Positions 1-9,730 of a DNA stretch of 64,000 nt are shown here, in pieces. The notes below the pieces were generated by a model, which was not told the origin of the DNA, did not search any database, and saw only the letters and a list, made by a program, of their open reading frames with translations. A program made the position numbers and the translations under genes. How positions within the stretch are numbered: position 1 is the first letter of the stretch; each line of letters opens with the position of its first letter. This stretch comes from an uncultured Parcubacteria group bacterium (GTDB taxonomy: Bacteria > Patescibacteriota > Patescibacteriia > UBA9934 > CAMTUG01), in assembly GCA_947084965.1 (NCBI GenBank), contig CAMTUG010000001.1, positions 147,914 to 211,913 of the forward strand, given 5' to 3'.

Positions 1-3
1 TGG

Positions 4-966
4 TTGGGAAGATGCTATAATCTCAACATGGAAGAGCAAAACCCCTCCATTCTCGGAAAAGAAGAGAAGGAATTTACCAAGATGTATACTCGCGGTCAGC
101 GCTGGATCACTCTGCGTCCTATTTTGCGTCGGGTGGGGATCGGCTGTTTGATCGCCTTTGATGTGCTGACAATCCTTTTTTATGCCTGGTCCTACGTTGA
201 TTATGGAATCATCGATTATTTTAAAGAGCGGGCGATGATCGGCTCGATCGCTGAGGGCACAGACGATCTGCGGGCGGTGAGCGTTGCTCGCGCGGCGACA
301 GCGTTGCAGGTGAGCTCGGTGGATATTTTTTCTCTCGGAGATGGGCGGGTAGATTTTCTCGCCTATCTCGCCAATCCAAATGAGGATTGGTACGTTCAGT
401 TTACGTACAGTTTCACCTACGGCAGTGCGACGACGGACACACGCGTCGGGTTTCTTCTGCCAGGGGAATCGAGAAAACCGATCACGGAGTTAGCGGTGGA
501 TGTGGAAACGATCCCGAGCCGAGCCACGCTCACGATCGGGGATTTGGAATGGGTGCGCCTTAATCATCACGCCATCACGGATTACACCGCCTGGCAAACG
601 GATCGTCTGCGATTTACGTACACGGATGTGACGTATGATCGTGCGGTGCCGATCGATACGACAACAGTCGGTCGATCCACGTTCAACATCAAGAATACTT
701 CTCCATACGGCTACTACGACGCTCGGTTTCACCTCATCCTTTTGCGCAATGAAAAGCCGGTCGGGGTCACTCGTTTCTCGCTCGCGAATTTTGAGCCGGG
801 GGAGTCGCGGACACTGTCGATCAGTTGGTTTGGGGAAGCACCCCAAGCGAACGAAACGTTGATCGTTCCTGACATTGATATTTTTGATCCTGCAAGCTAC
901 ATGCCGATCCGGGGAGAGACACAGCCCGATGTGCGGGAACGAATACCAACCGGAAGGAGGAGGTAA
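4..966 (+). CDS. hypothetical membrane-anchored protein, possibly 5'-truncated at the window edge
   Basis: Long ORF with one N-terminal hydrophobic helix (GIGCLIAFDVLTILFYAWSYV). No recognisable catalytic motif. Confidence 0.45.
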   Translation: MGRCYNLNMEEQNPSILGKEEKEFTKMYTRGQRWITLRPILRRVGIGCLIAFDVLTILFYAWSYVDYGIIDYFKERAMIGSIAEGTDDLRAVSVARAATALQVSSVDIFSLGDGRVDFLAYLANPNEDWYVQFTYSFTYGSATTDTRVGFLLPGESRKPITELAVDVETIPSRATLTIGDLEWVRLNHHAITDYTAWQTDRLRFTYTDVTYDRAVPIDTTTVGRSTFNIKNTSPYGYYDARFHLILLRNEKPVGVTRFSLANFEPGESRTLSISWFGEAPQANETLIVPDIDIFDPASYMPIRGETQPDVRERIPTGRRR

Positions 967-975
967 CGTCATTTT

Positions 976-2076
976 ATGAAGCGCCTCCTTTTTCTACTTT
1001 CGCGATTAGACTGGTTGCTTTTTGGGGCTGCCATGGTGTTGATCGCTTTTGGGCTCGCGGCGATCTATTCCGTTGCGCTTTCGATCGAGTCTACAGACTT
1101 CGGAAATGTAGAAAAGCAATTGGTGGCGATCGCGATCGGACTTTCAGTGGTCGTGTTTCTTTCCGCCAGCAATTACAAACTGTTGCGCAGCTGGACCTTG
1201 GTTATTTATTTTGGAGGAGTTCTGTTGCTGGTCGGCGTCCTTTTTTTTGGCTCCACGATCCGTGGAACAACCGGGTGGTTTGATTTTGGATTGTTCTCCT
1301 TCCAGCCAGTGGAATTCATGAAGATCGCTCTGGTGCTGACCCTCGCAAAGTATTTTAGTGAAAAGGCCCGACGGCAATTTGGCTGGAGGGAGTTGCTGGC
1401 GAGTGGAGTTCTGACAGCGATTCCTGTCGCCCTCACCATGCTTCAACCGGATCTCGGATCTGCACTGATGCTTATCGGTATCTGGTCCGTGCTGATTTTT
1501 TTTGCTGGTCTGAAGTGGCGGCAGGCGCTGCTTGTCGGTCTGCTTGCGTTGCTCTTCGGACTCTTCTCCTGGTTTGTCTTGTTTGATACGTATCAACACG
1601 AACGTATCCTGACCTTTATCGACCCCTCTCGTGATCCGCTCGGCCGTGGCTATAATGTGACACAGGCGATTATTGCGGTGGGGAGCGGGGAGTGGTTCGG
1701 ACGCGGGCTAGGGTTTGGTTCGCAAAGTCAGTTGAAGTTTTTGCCGGAGTCGCAGACGGATTTTATCTTCGCGGTTATCGCGGAGGAATTAGGATTCGTC
1801 GGCGTGCTTTTTATTCTTGGGGCGTTCGCTCTGTTATTTACTCGGCTCTTTCGACTCATCCGTTTCTCACGCGAGGATTATACGACCTACCTTCTTCTCG
1901 GAGTAATCGCCATTATTTTCTTACAGGTCCTCGTGAATATCGGCATGAACCTCGGATTATTGCCAGTGACGGGTATTGGCTTGCCGCTCGTCAGCTACGG
2001 CGGTTCCTCGATCATCATGGCGCTTGCGCTGATCGGAATCGCGGAAAGCGTGGCCGTGCGCACAAGCTCTTCGTGA
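976..2076 (+). CDS. SEDS-family cell-cycle protein (FtsW/RodA/SpoVE)
   Basis: 10-TM profile and typical SEDS motifs (GxxxWFxxG, LPESQTDFIFAVIAEELGFVG, GLLPVTGIGLPLVSYGGSS). Confidence 0.85.
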   Translation: MKRLLFLLSRLDWLLFGAAMVLIAFGLAAIYSVALSIESTDFGNVEKQLVAIAIGLSVVVFLSASNYKLLRSWTLVIYFGGVLLLVGVLFFGSTIRGTTGWFDFGLFSFQPVEFMKIALVLTLAKYFSEKARRQFGWRELLASGVLTAIPVALTMLQPDLGSALMLIGIWSVLIFFAGLKWRQALLVGLLALLFGLFSWFVLFDTYQHERILTFIDPSRDPLGRGYNVTQAIIAVGSGEWFGRGLGFGSQSQLKFLPESQTDFIFAVIAEELGFVGVLFILGAFALLFTRLFRLIRFSREDYTTYLLLGVIAIIFLQVLVNIGMNLGLLPVTGIGLPLVSYGGSSIIMALALIGIAESVAVRTSSS

Positions 2077-2102
2077 TGAAAGCGGTATAAGGAGTAAACA
2101 GA

Positions 2103-2133
2103 AAGCGGAGACACGAGCGTCTCTGTTTTCCAC
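2103..2133 (+). terminator. intrinsic terminator after the SEDS gene
   Basis: GC hairpin GGAGACACGAGCGTCTC followed by TGTTTTCC. Confidence 0.5.
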
Positions 2134-2169
2134 TTACCACTTACCAATTTCCCTGTATACTAAATTCAT

Positions 2170-2499
2170 ATGTCCTTCCAGCTTAACCCAGACAGTCAAC
2201 GCATCGTTTCCTACTGCCCTCTGTGCGAAACAGAGTTTAATCCGATGGAAGCACGCGTCCTCGACGAAAATGCCGAGGCGTCGTTAGTGCACGTACGCTG
2301 CAAGGAATGCCGCAACGCGATGCTGACCTTGGTGCAGATGACCAAGGCCGGGGTGAGTTCTGTCGGCCTTGTGACCGACCTTTCCTATGAAGACGTGGTT
2401 AAGTTTAAGGAAGAGGGGACTATTTCGATTGATGATGTCATGATGGCCCATCAAGGGCTTCAAAATGGCGATATTTTGACAGATTTAAAGGGGAACTAG
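2170..2499 (+). CDS. small hypothetical protein with N-terminal zinc-ribbon (CPLC...CKEC)
   Basis: CxxC-x24-CxxC at the N-terminus. Preceded by the CCACTTACCACTTACCAATT motif. Confidence 0.5.
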   Translation: MSFQLNPDSQRIVSYCPLCETEFNPMEARVLDENAEASLVHVRCKECRNAMLTLVQMTKAGVSSVGLVTDLSYEDVVKFKEEGTISIDDVMMAHQGLQNGDILTDLKGN

Positions 2500-2573
2500 C
2501 CTTTGCTCTTGACGCATTCTGCGTTTTTTTGTTTAATACAGCCACTTTCAAGGAGGAAGAATCAGAAATTATT

Positions 2574-3263
2574 ATGCAAACGTTGACCCTTAACGCCGAG
2601 GCCCGAACGATTCGTGGCCGCAAAAACTACGCGCTTCGTGAAAATCTCCAGATCCCGGCTGTGGTCTACGGTCCGGATATGGCTTCGACGATGATTACCG
2701 TCGGAAACACGGACTTTGCTCGCACCTTGCGTTCCGCTGGGGAATCGACTCTTATTGATCTGGTCGTTGCCGGTGCCGCACCGGTCAAAGTGCTGATCGG
2801 CGAAGTGCAGCGCGATCCGATTCGTCATGACATTACCCACATCGATTTCCGTCAGGTGAACATGAATAAGCCGATCGACGCCAAGATTGCGCTGAACTTC
2901 ATCGGAGAATCGGCAGCGGTCAAGGCGCTTGGTGGTACGTTGGTCAAGGCGTTGGAAGACTTGGAAGTGCGCTGTTTGCCAGGTAAGCTTGTGCACTCGA
3001 TCGACATCGACCTCTCGAAATTGGCGACCTTTGAAGACAACATCGCTGTGCGTGACCTGGTCATTCCAGAAGGGATGGAAGTGTTGACCGATGCCGACGT
3101 GACTGTTGCCTTGGTCGAAGCTCCACGTTCAGAAGAAGAGATGGCCGCTCTCGATGCCGCTGTCGACACCAGTGTTGATAAGGTGGAAGTCGTTGAGAAG
3201 AAGGGCAAGGAAGAAACTGCCGCCGAAGGCGAAGCCCCAGCCGCCGCACCAGAAGCCAAGTAA
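2574..3263 (+). CDS. rplY: 50S ribosomal protein L25 / general stress protein Ctc
   Basis: MQTLTLNAEARTIRGRKNYALRENLQIPAVVYG... is a typical L25/Ctc N-domain. AAGGAGGAAG RBS upstream, acidic C-terminal tail. The start sits at an internal Met of the 2529 ORF. Confidence 0.85.
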   Translation: MQTLTLNAEARTIRGRKNYALRENLQIPAVVYGPDMASTMITVGNTDFARTLRSAGESTLIDLVVAGAAPVKVLIGEVQRDPIRHDITHIDFRQVNMNKPIDAKIALNFIGESAAVKALGGTLVKALEDLEVRCLPGKLVHSIDIDLSKLATFEDNIAVRDLVIPEGMEVLTDADVTVALVEAPRSEEEMAALDAAVDTSVDKVEVVEKKGKEETAAEGEAPAAAPEAK

Positions 3264-3267
3264 AAAA

Positions 3268-4332
3268 ATGCTAAAGCTTTTAGAAAAAAAGAAGGAGCTA
3301 ACCGTGGGCGTCGCTATCGCGGCGCTCACTTTGGTTGTGATTTCGGTTTGGAACTTGTGGTCTGCTGGGTATGTTGGACAACCAGCAGTGGACGTCGTAC
3401 CGCCCGTGGCAACGTGTGCCTATCGCCATCCGTTGACCGGCGCCTGTTTGGAGCGTGATCCATACGACGGCGCCTTGCCGCCGGTTTACGCCGTGATGGT
3501 CGAAAACTCCCGCGACGCCTGGCCACAAGCCGGTTTGCTCGAATCCTTTTTGGTGTTTGAAGTGCCGACCGAAGCGAACATTCCGCGCCTTCTCGCTTTT
3601 TATCACGGGATCGATGCTTCTGTTGATCGGATCGGTCCGGTGCGCTCCGCTCGTCCTTATTTTATTGATTTGGCGACCCCGTTCCAGTCGCTCTACGCCC
3701 ACGTCGGCGGATCACCCGCGGCCGTTGCGGATTTAAAAACGACGACCGACGTTTTGAATCTTGACGAGATGGCTAACCAATATCAGTTCTGGCGCGATTC
3801 ATCCCGGGCGATGCCGCACAATGTATACACAGCGACCGATCTCTTGGCCCAAGGGCTCACCAAACGCTATCCGGAAAAGACGGAATGGAGCTATCCAACA
3901 TACACGTTTAAAGATGATGCTCCGAGCGGGTTGGCTCAGGATGTGATCGTGGAGTTTGGTGCTCCATCGTATCAGGTAACATGGAGGTATGAGGCCGAGC
4001 GCAATCAGTATCTGCGTTGGCACAACAGCTCAGAACACACAACCGAAGACGGCCACACGATCGCCGCCAATAACGTTGTCGTCATGTCGGCAGAGATCGC
4101 TGTGCTTGATAACGTCGGGCGATTGGATATTGAAACGGTGGGCGAAGGGGAGGCGCGGGTGATGCAGGATGGAAGGATTATTCAATCCACATGGAAGCGC
4201 GCGTCTGTTGATGAGCTTGTACGTTTCTACGATGAATCGGGCGCGGAGATCGCCTTGAATGGCGGCGCGACTTGGATCGAAATTGTCCCAACGCTTGACG
4301 ATCATTTTTTTGAAATCGTTGAAGCAGAATAA
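3268..4332 (+). CDS. DUF3048 (YerB-like) secreted/lipoprotein-type protein
   Basis: N-terminal TM/signal segment. Domain pattern ...YAVMVENSRDAWPQAGL...VFEVPTEANIPRLLAFYHG... resembles the DUF3048 N/C domains. Confidence 0.6.
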   Translation: MLKLLEKKKELTVGVAIAALTLVVISVWNLWSAGYVGQPAVDVVPPVATCAYRHPLTGACLERDPYDGALPPVYAVMVENSRDAWPQAGLLESFLVFEVPTEANIPRLLAFYHGIDASVDRIGPVRSARPYFIDLATPFQSLYAHVGGSPAAVADLKTTTDVLNLDEMANQYQFWRDSSRAMPHNVYTATDLLAQGLTKRYPEKTEWSYPTYTFKDDAPSGLAQDVIVEFGAPSYQVTWRYEAERNQYLRWHNSSEHTTEDGHTIAANNVVVMSAEIAVLDNVGRLDIETVGEGEARVMQDGRIIQSTWKRASVDELVRFYDESGAEIALNGGATWIEIVPTLDDHFFEIVEAE

Positions 4333-4343
4333 TATTTGCTGAA

Positions 4344-4380
4344 ATGGCGAAGCCGGTCGCGAAGTGTTCGCGGCCGGCTT
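4344..4380. terminator. bidirectional GC hairpin, left border of the first high-GC islet
   Basis: GAAGCCGGTCGCG-aagtgtt-CGCGGCCGGCTTTCGG. Confidence 0.45.
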
Positions 4381-4403
4381 TCGGTAGATGTGGAGAGTGT
4401 TGA

Positions 4404-5015
4404 TCAGGTCGTGGCGGGTTCCTCCTTGAGAGGAAGGGGAAGCCAGTCGAACGACAGCCAGCACTCACGATGGGTGCAGACTTCCGGTGGACGGCTCGAG
4501 CTGATCCCAGAGGGGTGCCCATTCCGACAGACCACGATCTGGGTCCCAGGGATCAGCCAGGACAACCCTTCGGTCGTGGCGAAGTGCAGGCGGACGATCC
4601 CGTCTCGCACCGGCTCGACCATGGCGACGATCTTGCCGCTGAGTCGGATGTCGCCCTCGAGGGCGAACCAGGTCGGCACGGCTTCGGCTGAGGGGCGGGG
4701 TTTGCCTGGCTTGAGCTTGCGCCAGCGCAGTCCACCGAGCGATGGGGCGTTGGCGATCTCGATTCCGTGATCGGTGTGCCCGAACCCGAGGCTGATCGTG
4801 AGGGCGAAGCGGAGCGGGACCCCCACACCCTGGAACATCAGGTATCGCCTCGGGCCGTGCGGCAGGGTGGCCCCCTTCGGGATGAAGGGGGAGTCGGTTG
4901 GGGCGACGAGGAGGACAGCGGGAATCGGTGAGGGCATCAAGATCTCCGGGAGATATGTGGTGAATCCACGGTTGATGATGTACCGCAGAGTGTGTGCAGA
5001 GTCAAGCGGAGTCAT
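4404..5015 (-). CDS. hypothetical protein encoded in high-GC islet 1
   Basis: 203-aa ORF with GC-rich codon usage (R/P/G-rich), unlike the flanking genes. Weak FGHTDHG motif that I cannot assign to a family. Confidence 0.4.
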   Translation of the reverse strand: MTPLDSAHTLRYIINRGFTTYLPEILMPSPIPAVLLVAPTDSPFIPKGATLPHGPRRYLMFQGVGVPLRFALTISLGFGHTDHGIEIANAPSLGGLRWRKLKPGKPRPSAEAVPTWFALEGDIRLSGKIVAMVEPVRDGIVRLHFATTEGLSWLIPGTQIVVCRNGHPSGISSSRPPEVCTHRECWLSFDWLPLPLKEEPATT

Positions 5016-5034
5016 TTGAACCGCGGAGTCAGGA

Positions 5035-5095
5035 TCACGTCACGACATGAATGGCCAGGAATCTATGTCGTGGCGGGATTCTGCGAAGCGGTGAG
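5035..5095. repeat. palindromic repeat, family C, copy 1
   Basis: CACGTCACGACAT-N16-ATGTCGTGGCGGGATTCTGC. A near-identical copy in inverted orientation lies at 56788-56850. Confidence 0.6.
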
Positions 5096-5104
5096 AAGGG
5101 CGAC

Positions 5105-5974
5105 TTAGATTTTAGCCACAACGATCCGGGCGCGATTGGTGAGGTCGTTCAATACGCGCACATCAGCGTTTGGAAAATAGTGTTTGACGACCGACGGGGC
5201 GCCCATCCGTTGATCAGGATCAATTTCAAAAATGACAGCGAGTTGGGCGGGGAAGTCGTTGCGACGCGTTTGGAGGGAGCGGAAGAGATCGTTGTAAAGC
5301 TCGAGGCCGTCAACGCCCCCGTCTAACGCGAGGCGCGGTTCATAATCGTGGACATCTGGTTGTGAGAGCGTCCATTGACGTGTGGATAAGTAGGGCAAGT
5401 TGGCGACGAGGATCACGCGTTCGAGCGGCTTGGTCTGTGTTGGATCGATCGGATCGATCAAGGATCCTGAAACAAACGTTATCCGATCATCGACGTTATT
5501 GATGACGGCGTTCTGTCGCGCCACCGTCAGTGCTCGATCGCTCACATCCACAGCGATGACCGGTAGTCCACTTTCGGCGGCGAGGGTCACCGCGATCGCT
5601 CCTGAGCCCGTACCGATGTCGATGAACACGGTGTCGCGTCCACCTGCCGCTTCCTGCAAGGCCGCTTCAACAACCTGTTCGGTTTCTGGACGTGGAATGA
5701 GAACGAATGGATTAACGACAAACGGACGGTTGTAAAAATCTTTCCAACCGAGGATGTAGGCGACCGGTTCGTGGCGGCTGCGGCGGTCAATCAATTGCTC
5801 AAAACGTTCGAGCGCCGCTTCACTCAGGGGCTGATCCATGTGGGTAAAGAGGTAGTTTTTTGGTCGATCAAGAACGTAGGCGAGCAAAAGCTGGGCGTCG
5901 AGCATCGGCGCATCGCTGACTCCGTGCTCCTTGAGTTTATTATTCGCCCAGGTGAGCGATTCCATGATCTGCAT
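5105..5974 (-). CDS. prmC: release-factor glutamine N5-methyltransferase PrmC/HemK
   Basis: SAM-binding motif DIGTGSGAIAV and catalytic NLPY motif. Directly downstream of prfA. The start is an internal Met; the ORF is open up to 6091. Confidence 0.85.
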   Translation of the reverse strand: MQIMESLTWANNKLKEHGVSDAPMLDAQLLLAYVLDRPKNYLFTHMDQPLSEAALERFEQLIDRRSRHEPVAYILGWKDFYNRPFVVNPFVLIPRPETEQVVEAALQEAAGGRDTVFIDIGTGSGAIAVTLAAESGLPVIAVDVSDRALTVARQNAVINNVDDRITFVSGSLIDPIDPTQTKPLERVILVANLPYLSTRQWTLSQPDVHDYEPRLALDGGVDGLELYNDLFRSLQTRRNDFPAQLAVIFEIDPDQRMGAPSVVKHYFPNADVRVLNDLTNRARIVVAKI

Positions 5975-6115
5975 AGCCACGTTGCACAGTAAATTTCGAG
6001 ATGGTTTGGATGACATGTGTGCCGAAAACGGTAAAGAGCGAGGAGGAATGTTCGATACATTTCGACGAGATCTGAGCCGTTTGCAGGCCACGTGGCGCCA
6101 AATCCAGCCGAAAGA

Positions 6116-7180
6116 TTACTGTGCGATGGGGCTAAAGCCTTCGCGCTCGGCTTTCTTTAAGTCTGCAATGACGCCCTCGATTTCACCTTCCATAATGCCT
6201 GGAAGGCCGTGATAGTTTTCGTTGATGCGGTGATCGGTTAAACGATCTTGCGGGAAGTTGTAGGTGCGGATCTTTTCTGAACGATCGCCAGTGCCGATTT
6301 GGCTCTTGCGCTCGGCCGATCGCTTGGCAGCTTCGCGGCGGCGTTGCTCATCGAACACACGCGCGCGCATCACGGTCATCGCCTTTTCCTTGTTCTGTTT
6401 TTGGGAACGCTCGTCCTGACACTGGACGGTAATGCCGGTCGGGATGTGGGTCATGCGGATCGCCGAGTAGGTGGTGTTGACGCTCTGTCCGCCGTTGCCC
6501 GAAGCGGTCGTCACTTCGATCTTTAGGTCGGCAGGATTCAATTCAAATTCGGTCTCTTCAATCACTGGCATCGTGGCAACGGTCACGGTTGAAGTGTGTA
6601 CGCGACCAGCTTTTTCCGTTTCTGGCACACGTTGCACGCGATGAACGCCGGATTCAAACTTTAAGTTGCTGTAGACGTTGTTGCCACCAATTTCAAAAAC
6701 AACCTCTTTAAATCCGCCGAGATCATTTTGACTTTGCGAATCTACTTCAATAGTCCAGCCTTTTTTCTCAGCAAACTTGGAATACATCCGAAACAGTTCC
6801 GCGGCAAAGAGCGCCGCTTCGTCACCTCCAGCGCCGGCACGAATTTCCATAATGATGCTCGCCTTGTCGAGTGGATCTGGCGGCACCAGCGCTTCTTCAA
6901 GCTTGGCGGTGAGGGAAGGAAGACCGGCTTTGATCGATGCGATTTCGGCTTCGGCCATCTCTTTCATTTCTGGATCAAGAAGCATCTCTTCGGCGGCGGC
7001 CAAGTTTGCGATCGCTTTTTCGTACTGATCTCCCAATTCAACAATACCGCGCACTTCACTGAAGGCCTGCCCGAGCGTCTTGGCTTTTTTCTGGTCGCGC
7101 AAAACAGCCGGGTCGCTCAGTTGCGTTTCCAGATTTTGCATCTCTTCGCGTTTTGTTTTGATCCCAGCGAGTAGGTCCAT
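6116..7180 (-). CDS. prfA: peptide chain release factor 1
   Basis: GGQ motif ([11 protein letters not shown]) and an RF1-type PxT-region (PET). Full-length class-I release factor architecture. Confidence 0.9.
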   Translation of the reverse strand: MDLLAGIKTKREEMQNLETQLSDPAVLRDQKKAKTLGQAFSEVRGIVELGDQYEKAIANLAAAEEMLLDPEMKEMAEAEIASIKAGLPSLTAKLEEALVPPDPLDKASIIMEIRAGAGGDEAALFAAELFRMYSKFAEKKGWTIEVDSQSQNDLGGFKEVVFEIGGNNVYSNLKFESGVHRVQRVPETEKAGRVHTSTVTVATMPVIEETEFELNPADLKIEVTTASGNGGQSVNTTYSAIRMTHIPTGITVQCQDERSQKQNKEKAMTVMRARVFDEQRRREAAKRSAERKSQIGTGDRSEKIRTYNFPQDRLTDHRINENYHGLPGIMEGEIEGVIADLKKAEREGFSPIAQ

Positions 7181-7246
7181 AAGGTGTTACGATCTTATCA
7201 CATAACAAAAGAACGCCGGCAAATTCCGAGCGTCCCTTTGCTGTCG

Positions 7247-7573
7247 TTACTTTTCGGCTTTTTTGGAAACGCGAACGGATTTCTTTTCTTCCACTTCGGT
7301 TTTCGGCCCGCTCGATTTGCGCTTTTCGGATTTGGCCGCGCGCTTGGTGGCACGGTTGACGACCGCTTCGGCCTTCTTGCCCATGCGTTCGCCGAACTTC
7401 TCGACGCGGCGGGCGGTGTCCAAAATGGTCTGCTTACCCGTGTAGAACGGGTGGCAAGCGGCACACAATTCGACCGAAATCGCCTGTTTGGTCGATCCGG
7501 TTTCATACTTAGCGCCACAAGCACAGCTGATCGTGGCATCCTCGAAATATTGGGGGTGAATCGTTGCTTTCAT
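7247..7573 (-). CDS. rpmE: 50S ribosomal protein L31 (Zn-ribbon type) with Lys-rich C-terminal extension
   Basis: MKATIHPQYFEDATISCACGAKYETGS...ELCAACHPFYTGKQ is canonical L31. Confidence 0.9.
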   Translation of the reverse strand: MKATIHPQYFEDATISCACGAKYETGSTKQAISVELCAACHPFYTGKQTILDTARRVEKFGERMGKKAEAVVNRATKRAAKSEKRKSSGPKTEVEEKKSVRVSKKAEK

Positions 7574-7599
7574 AGATGTGGCGGTATCCTAGCAGAACC

Positions 7600-8060
7600 C
7601 TCTAAAAAGTTCAAGAACCCTACCAGAAGTGGCGGGTTCTCGAGGAAGAAGTGAGGGAGTGTACGTTACGAATCGTATGAACGTTTGAGTAGCGGTGGAC
7701 ACGCGCATCGTTCATTCGGTTCGGGGACCCGACCGTTGGTGATCCGGTTCGTCCGTGCGCCGTGGTGTTTTCGGCGCTCCGTCCCTGTAGGCACTTCCTT
7801 GCGTTGGCGACCCATTCGCCCTCCTGCTCGTCTCGGCACCGTCGCGATTCGGGTGAGACGTCACAGGCAGCCATGCAGGAACGGTGGACTTCACCGTCAA
7901 CGGTTCAGGCCTTTCAACGACCCTCCCCACCGTTTAGGCACCTCCAAGCGGAGGCTCGCAAACGGCGAGGGTTGAGCACAGAGATTAACAAGTTTCTTTC
8001 GTTCCGTCAAGGGCCGGTAGGTTTGCCCCCAAAATTGAACCTGCCGCTGGGGAAATAGAC
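7600..8060 (-). ncRNA. GC-rich structured non-coding RNA candidate of about 450 nt (RNase P RNA-like?), ending in a hairpin+U-tract terminator just upstream of rpmE
   Basis: No plausible ORF in any frame (translations are R/P-rich junk). G+C is visibly higher than in neighbouring genes. On the minus strand it ends in the stem-loop GAGAACCC-N13-GGGUUCU followed by AACUUUUUAG. Minus-strand stretches weakly resemble bacterial RNase P conserved regions (GUGAAGUCCACCGUUCC; AAGGAAGUGCCUACAGGGA vs consensus AAAGUGCCACAGAAA), but no P4 pairing could be confirmed by eye. Confidence 0.35.
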
Positions 8061-8084
8061 GAAACGAGCTTCTTTGTTTAGAGT

Positions 8085-9113
8085 GTGATCCATATGGGAA
8101 CCCCTGTTGAACTCTTTAATTACGATCTGCCAGAATCGATGATCGCGCAGAAGTCCGTTGAGCCGCGGGATCACTCGCGGTTGATGGTTTTAGATCGGGA
8201 GAGCGGCACGATCGAACATCGAACGTTTTTTGAGATCGTCGATCTGCTTCGTGCTGGCGATGTGTTGGTCTTCAATAATACGAAGGTGTTTAAAGCGCGT
8301 TTAATCGGAGTGACAGACGTTTCGCCACAGGCGAATAAGTCTGTTATTGAACTCTTCTTGCTTCGTGAACGCGAAGGGAAGTGGGAAGCGATGGCGCGGC
8401 CGGGGAAGAAGCTTTCTGTTGGGGATGTGATTGATGTGGGGATCAAAGGGAAGATTACAGAGAAGAAGGAAGACGGAACGGTGATGATTGATTTTGGGAT
8501 GAGTCCTTCTGAAGTCCTTGCGTTTTGTGATGCCCATGGCGAAGTGCCGATTCCGCCATATGTGGTGAAATCAGAGCAGGCGACGGGGAATTATCAGACG
8601 GTATATGCCCGCGAGGTTGGAGCTGTGGCGGCGCCAACGGCAGGATTCCATTTCACCGAGCGTTTGCTCGATGCGCTCCGTGTCAAAGGGGTGCAGATAG
8701 AGTTTATAACGTTACATGTCGGGATCGGGACGTTTCGTCCGGTCAAAACAGCGACGCTCGAAGAGCATGTGATGCACGCTGAGTTTGTGCAGATCGATGC
8801 ACAGACGTCGGAGAGGATTCTGCTTGCGAAAAAAGAAGGGCGTCGGGTTATTGCGGTTGGCACAACAGTTGTGCGCGCACTCGAAGCGACGGGGGGCGAG
8901 CCGACGATGGGAGACGTCAACATTTTTATTATGCCGGGATACACGTTCAAAGTTATCGACGGGTTGATTACCAACTTTCATCTTCCAAAGTCAACGCTCT
9001 TGGCGCTCGTTTCTGCGTTTGCGGGAAGAGATCATGTGATGGCGGCGTACGAAGTTGCTAAAAAAGAAGGGTATCGATTTTATTCTTTTGGGGACGCGAT
9101 GTTTATCGCCTAA
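8085..9113 (+). CDS. queA: S-adenosylmethionine:tRNA ribosyltransferase-isomerase
   Basis: Full-length QueA-like sequence: N-term ELFNYDLPESMIAQ, C-term ...TNFHLPKSTLLALVSAF...GYRFYSFGDAMFI. Confidence 0.85.
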   Translation: MIHMGTPVELFNYDLPESMIAQKSVEPRDHSRLMVLDRESGTIEHRTFFEIVDLLRAGDVLVFNNTKVFKARLIGVTDVSPQANKSVIELFLLREREGKWEAMARPGKKLSVGDVIDVGIKGKITEKKEDGTVMIDFGMSPSEVLAFCDAHGEVPIPPYVVKSEQATGNYQTVYAREVGAVAAPTAGFHFTERLLDALRVKGVQIEFITLHVGIGTFRPVKTATLEEHVMHAEFVQIDAQTSERILLAKKEGRRVIAVGTTVVRALEATGGEPTMGDVNIFIMPGYTFKVIDGLITNFHLPKSTLLALVSAFAGRDHVMAAYEVAKKEGYRFYSFGDAMFIA

Positions 9114-9168
9114 ATAGCGAACGGACCGGCTCGAGTGGCGAGCAGGTCCGTTTGGCGCGAGGTTCCCC

Positions 9169-9558
9169 CTAGTGGCGGGAACGAAGGTGTCGGTTGAGGC
9201 GGCTGATCCAGAGCGCGTCCGGCATCGTCTGTCGGCCGACGTAGAGGAGGGCCGAGCACTGGGTGTCCGTCAGCAGGTTCTGGACGAGGCCGCGCTGGAT
9301 CAGGCGGTGGATGCGTTCGTAGTCCTCGGGGACTTCGGGGTGCTTGATGTAGTACATCGCCACCCGGAAGACCAGATCTGCATCAGACCCGAAGTTGAAG
9401 TCGTAGCGCTCGTCGATCACCACCTGGTAGGCGGCGGCGAAGAGGCGCTGCTGCAGGAGGAACCGGACGACTTCGGCGGGGTCGAGATCGACCGCCGGTT
9501 CCGGGGCGCGGGCGTGGAACGTCTCGCGCAGGTGAGGATGCGTAGCGGGGGATGCCAT
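9169..9558 (-). CDS. hypothetical protein (high-GC islet 2, downstream gene)
   Basis: 129-aa ORF with GC-rich codon usage. No recognisable motif. Confidence 0.4.
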   Translation of the reverse strand: MASPATHPHLRETFHARAPEPAVDLDPAEVVRFLLQQRLFAAAYQVVIDERYDFNFGSDADLVFRVAMYYIKHPEVPEDYERIHRLIQRGLVQNLLTDTQCSALLYVGRQTMPDALWISRLNRHLRSRH

Positions 9559-9730
9559 GGCGGGACCTCTTGGTGGGACGGGAATGGGCCGTGGGAATGG
9601 CCCGGAGGATCGGCTTGGGGCCGACGGGTGTATTAAGACATCAGTTTTAGTGCTTTGTCAAGCGGAAACCCGGGATGCTGCGTGCACCCCGGGTCCTGCG
9701 GCGACCCGAGTGGCGGGTCGCGCATCGAAG

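Noticed and set aside
490-972. Antisense ORFs overlapping real genes (e.g. 490..972-, 1144..1599-, 9557..10165+, 39893..40915+, 54584..55315-, 62562..63593-, 62856..63353+)
   Set aside because: Each lies opposite a longer ORF with clear homology or coherent composition. Their translations are low-complexity (R/P/G/S-rich), as expected for reverse frames of GC-biased codons.
6116-7180. Alternative genetic code (UGA recoding), considered because of the lineage guess
   Set aside because: All well-conserved genes in the window (e.g. prfA with GGQ, eno, pgk, rpsB) read through to full length with standard stops, and no in-frame UGA is needed. Standard code 11 fits.
7600-8060. tmRNA (ssrA) assignment for the GC-rich non-coding region
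   Set aside because: No GGGG...UUCGA tRNA-like 3' end, no CCA-proximal T-arm, and no tag-peptide reading frame ending in ...AA-stop could be found on either strand.
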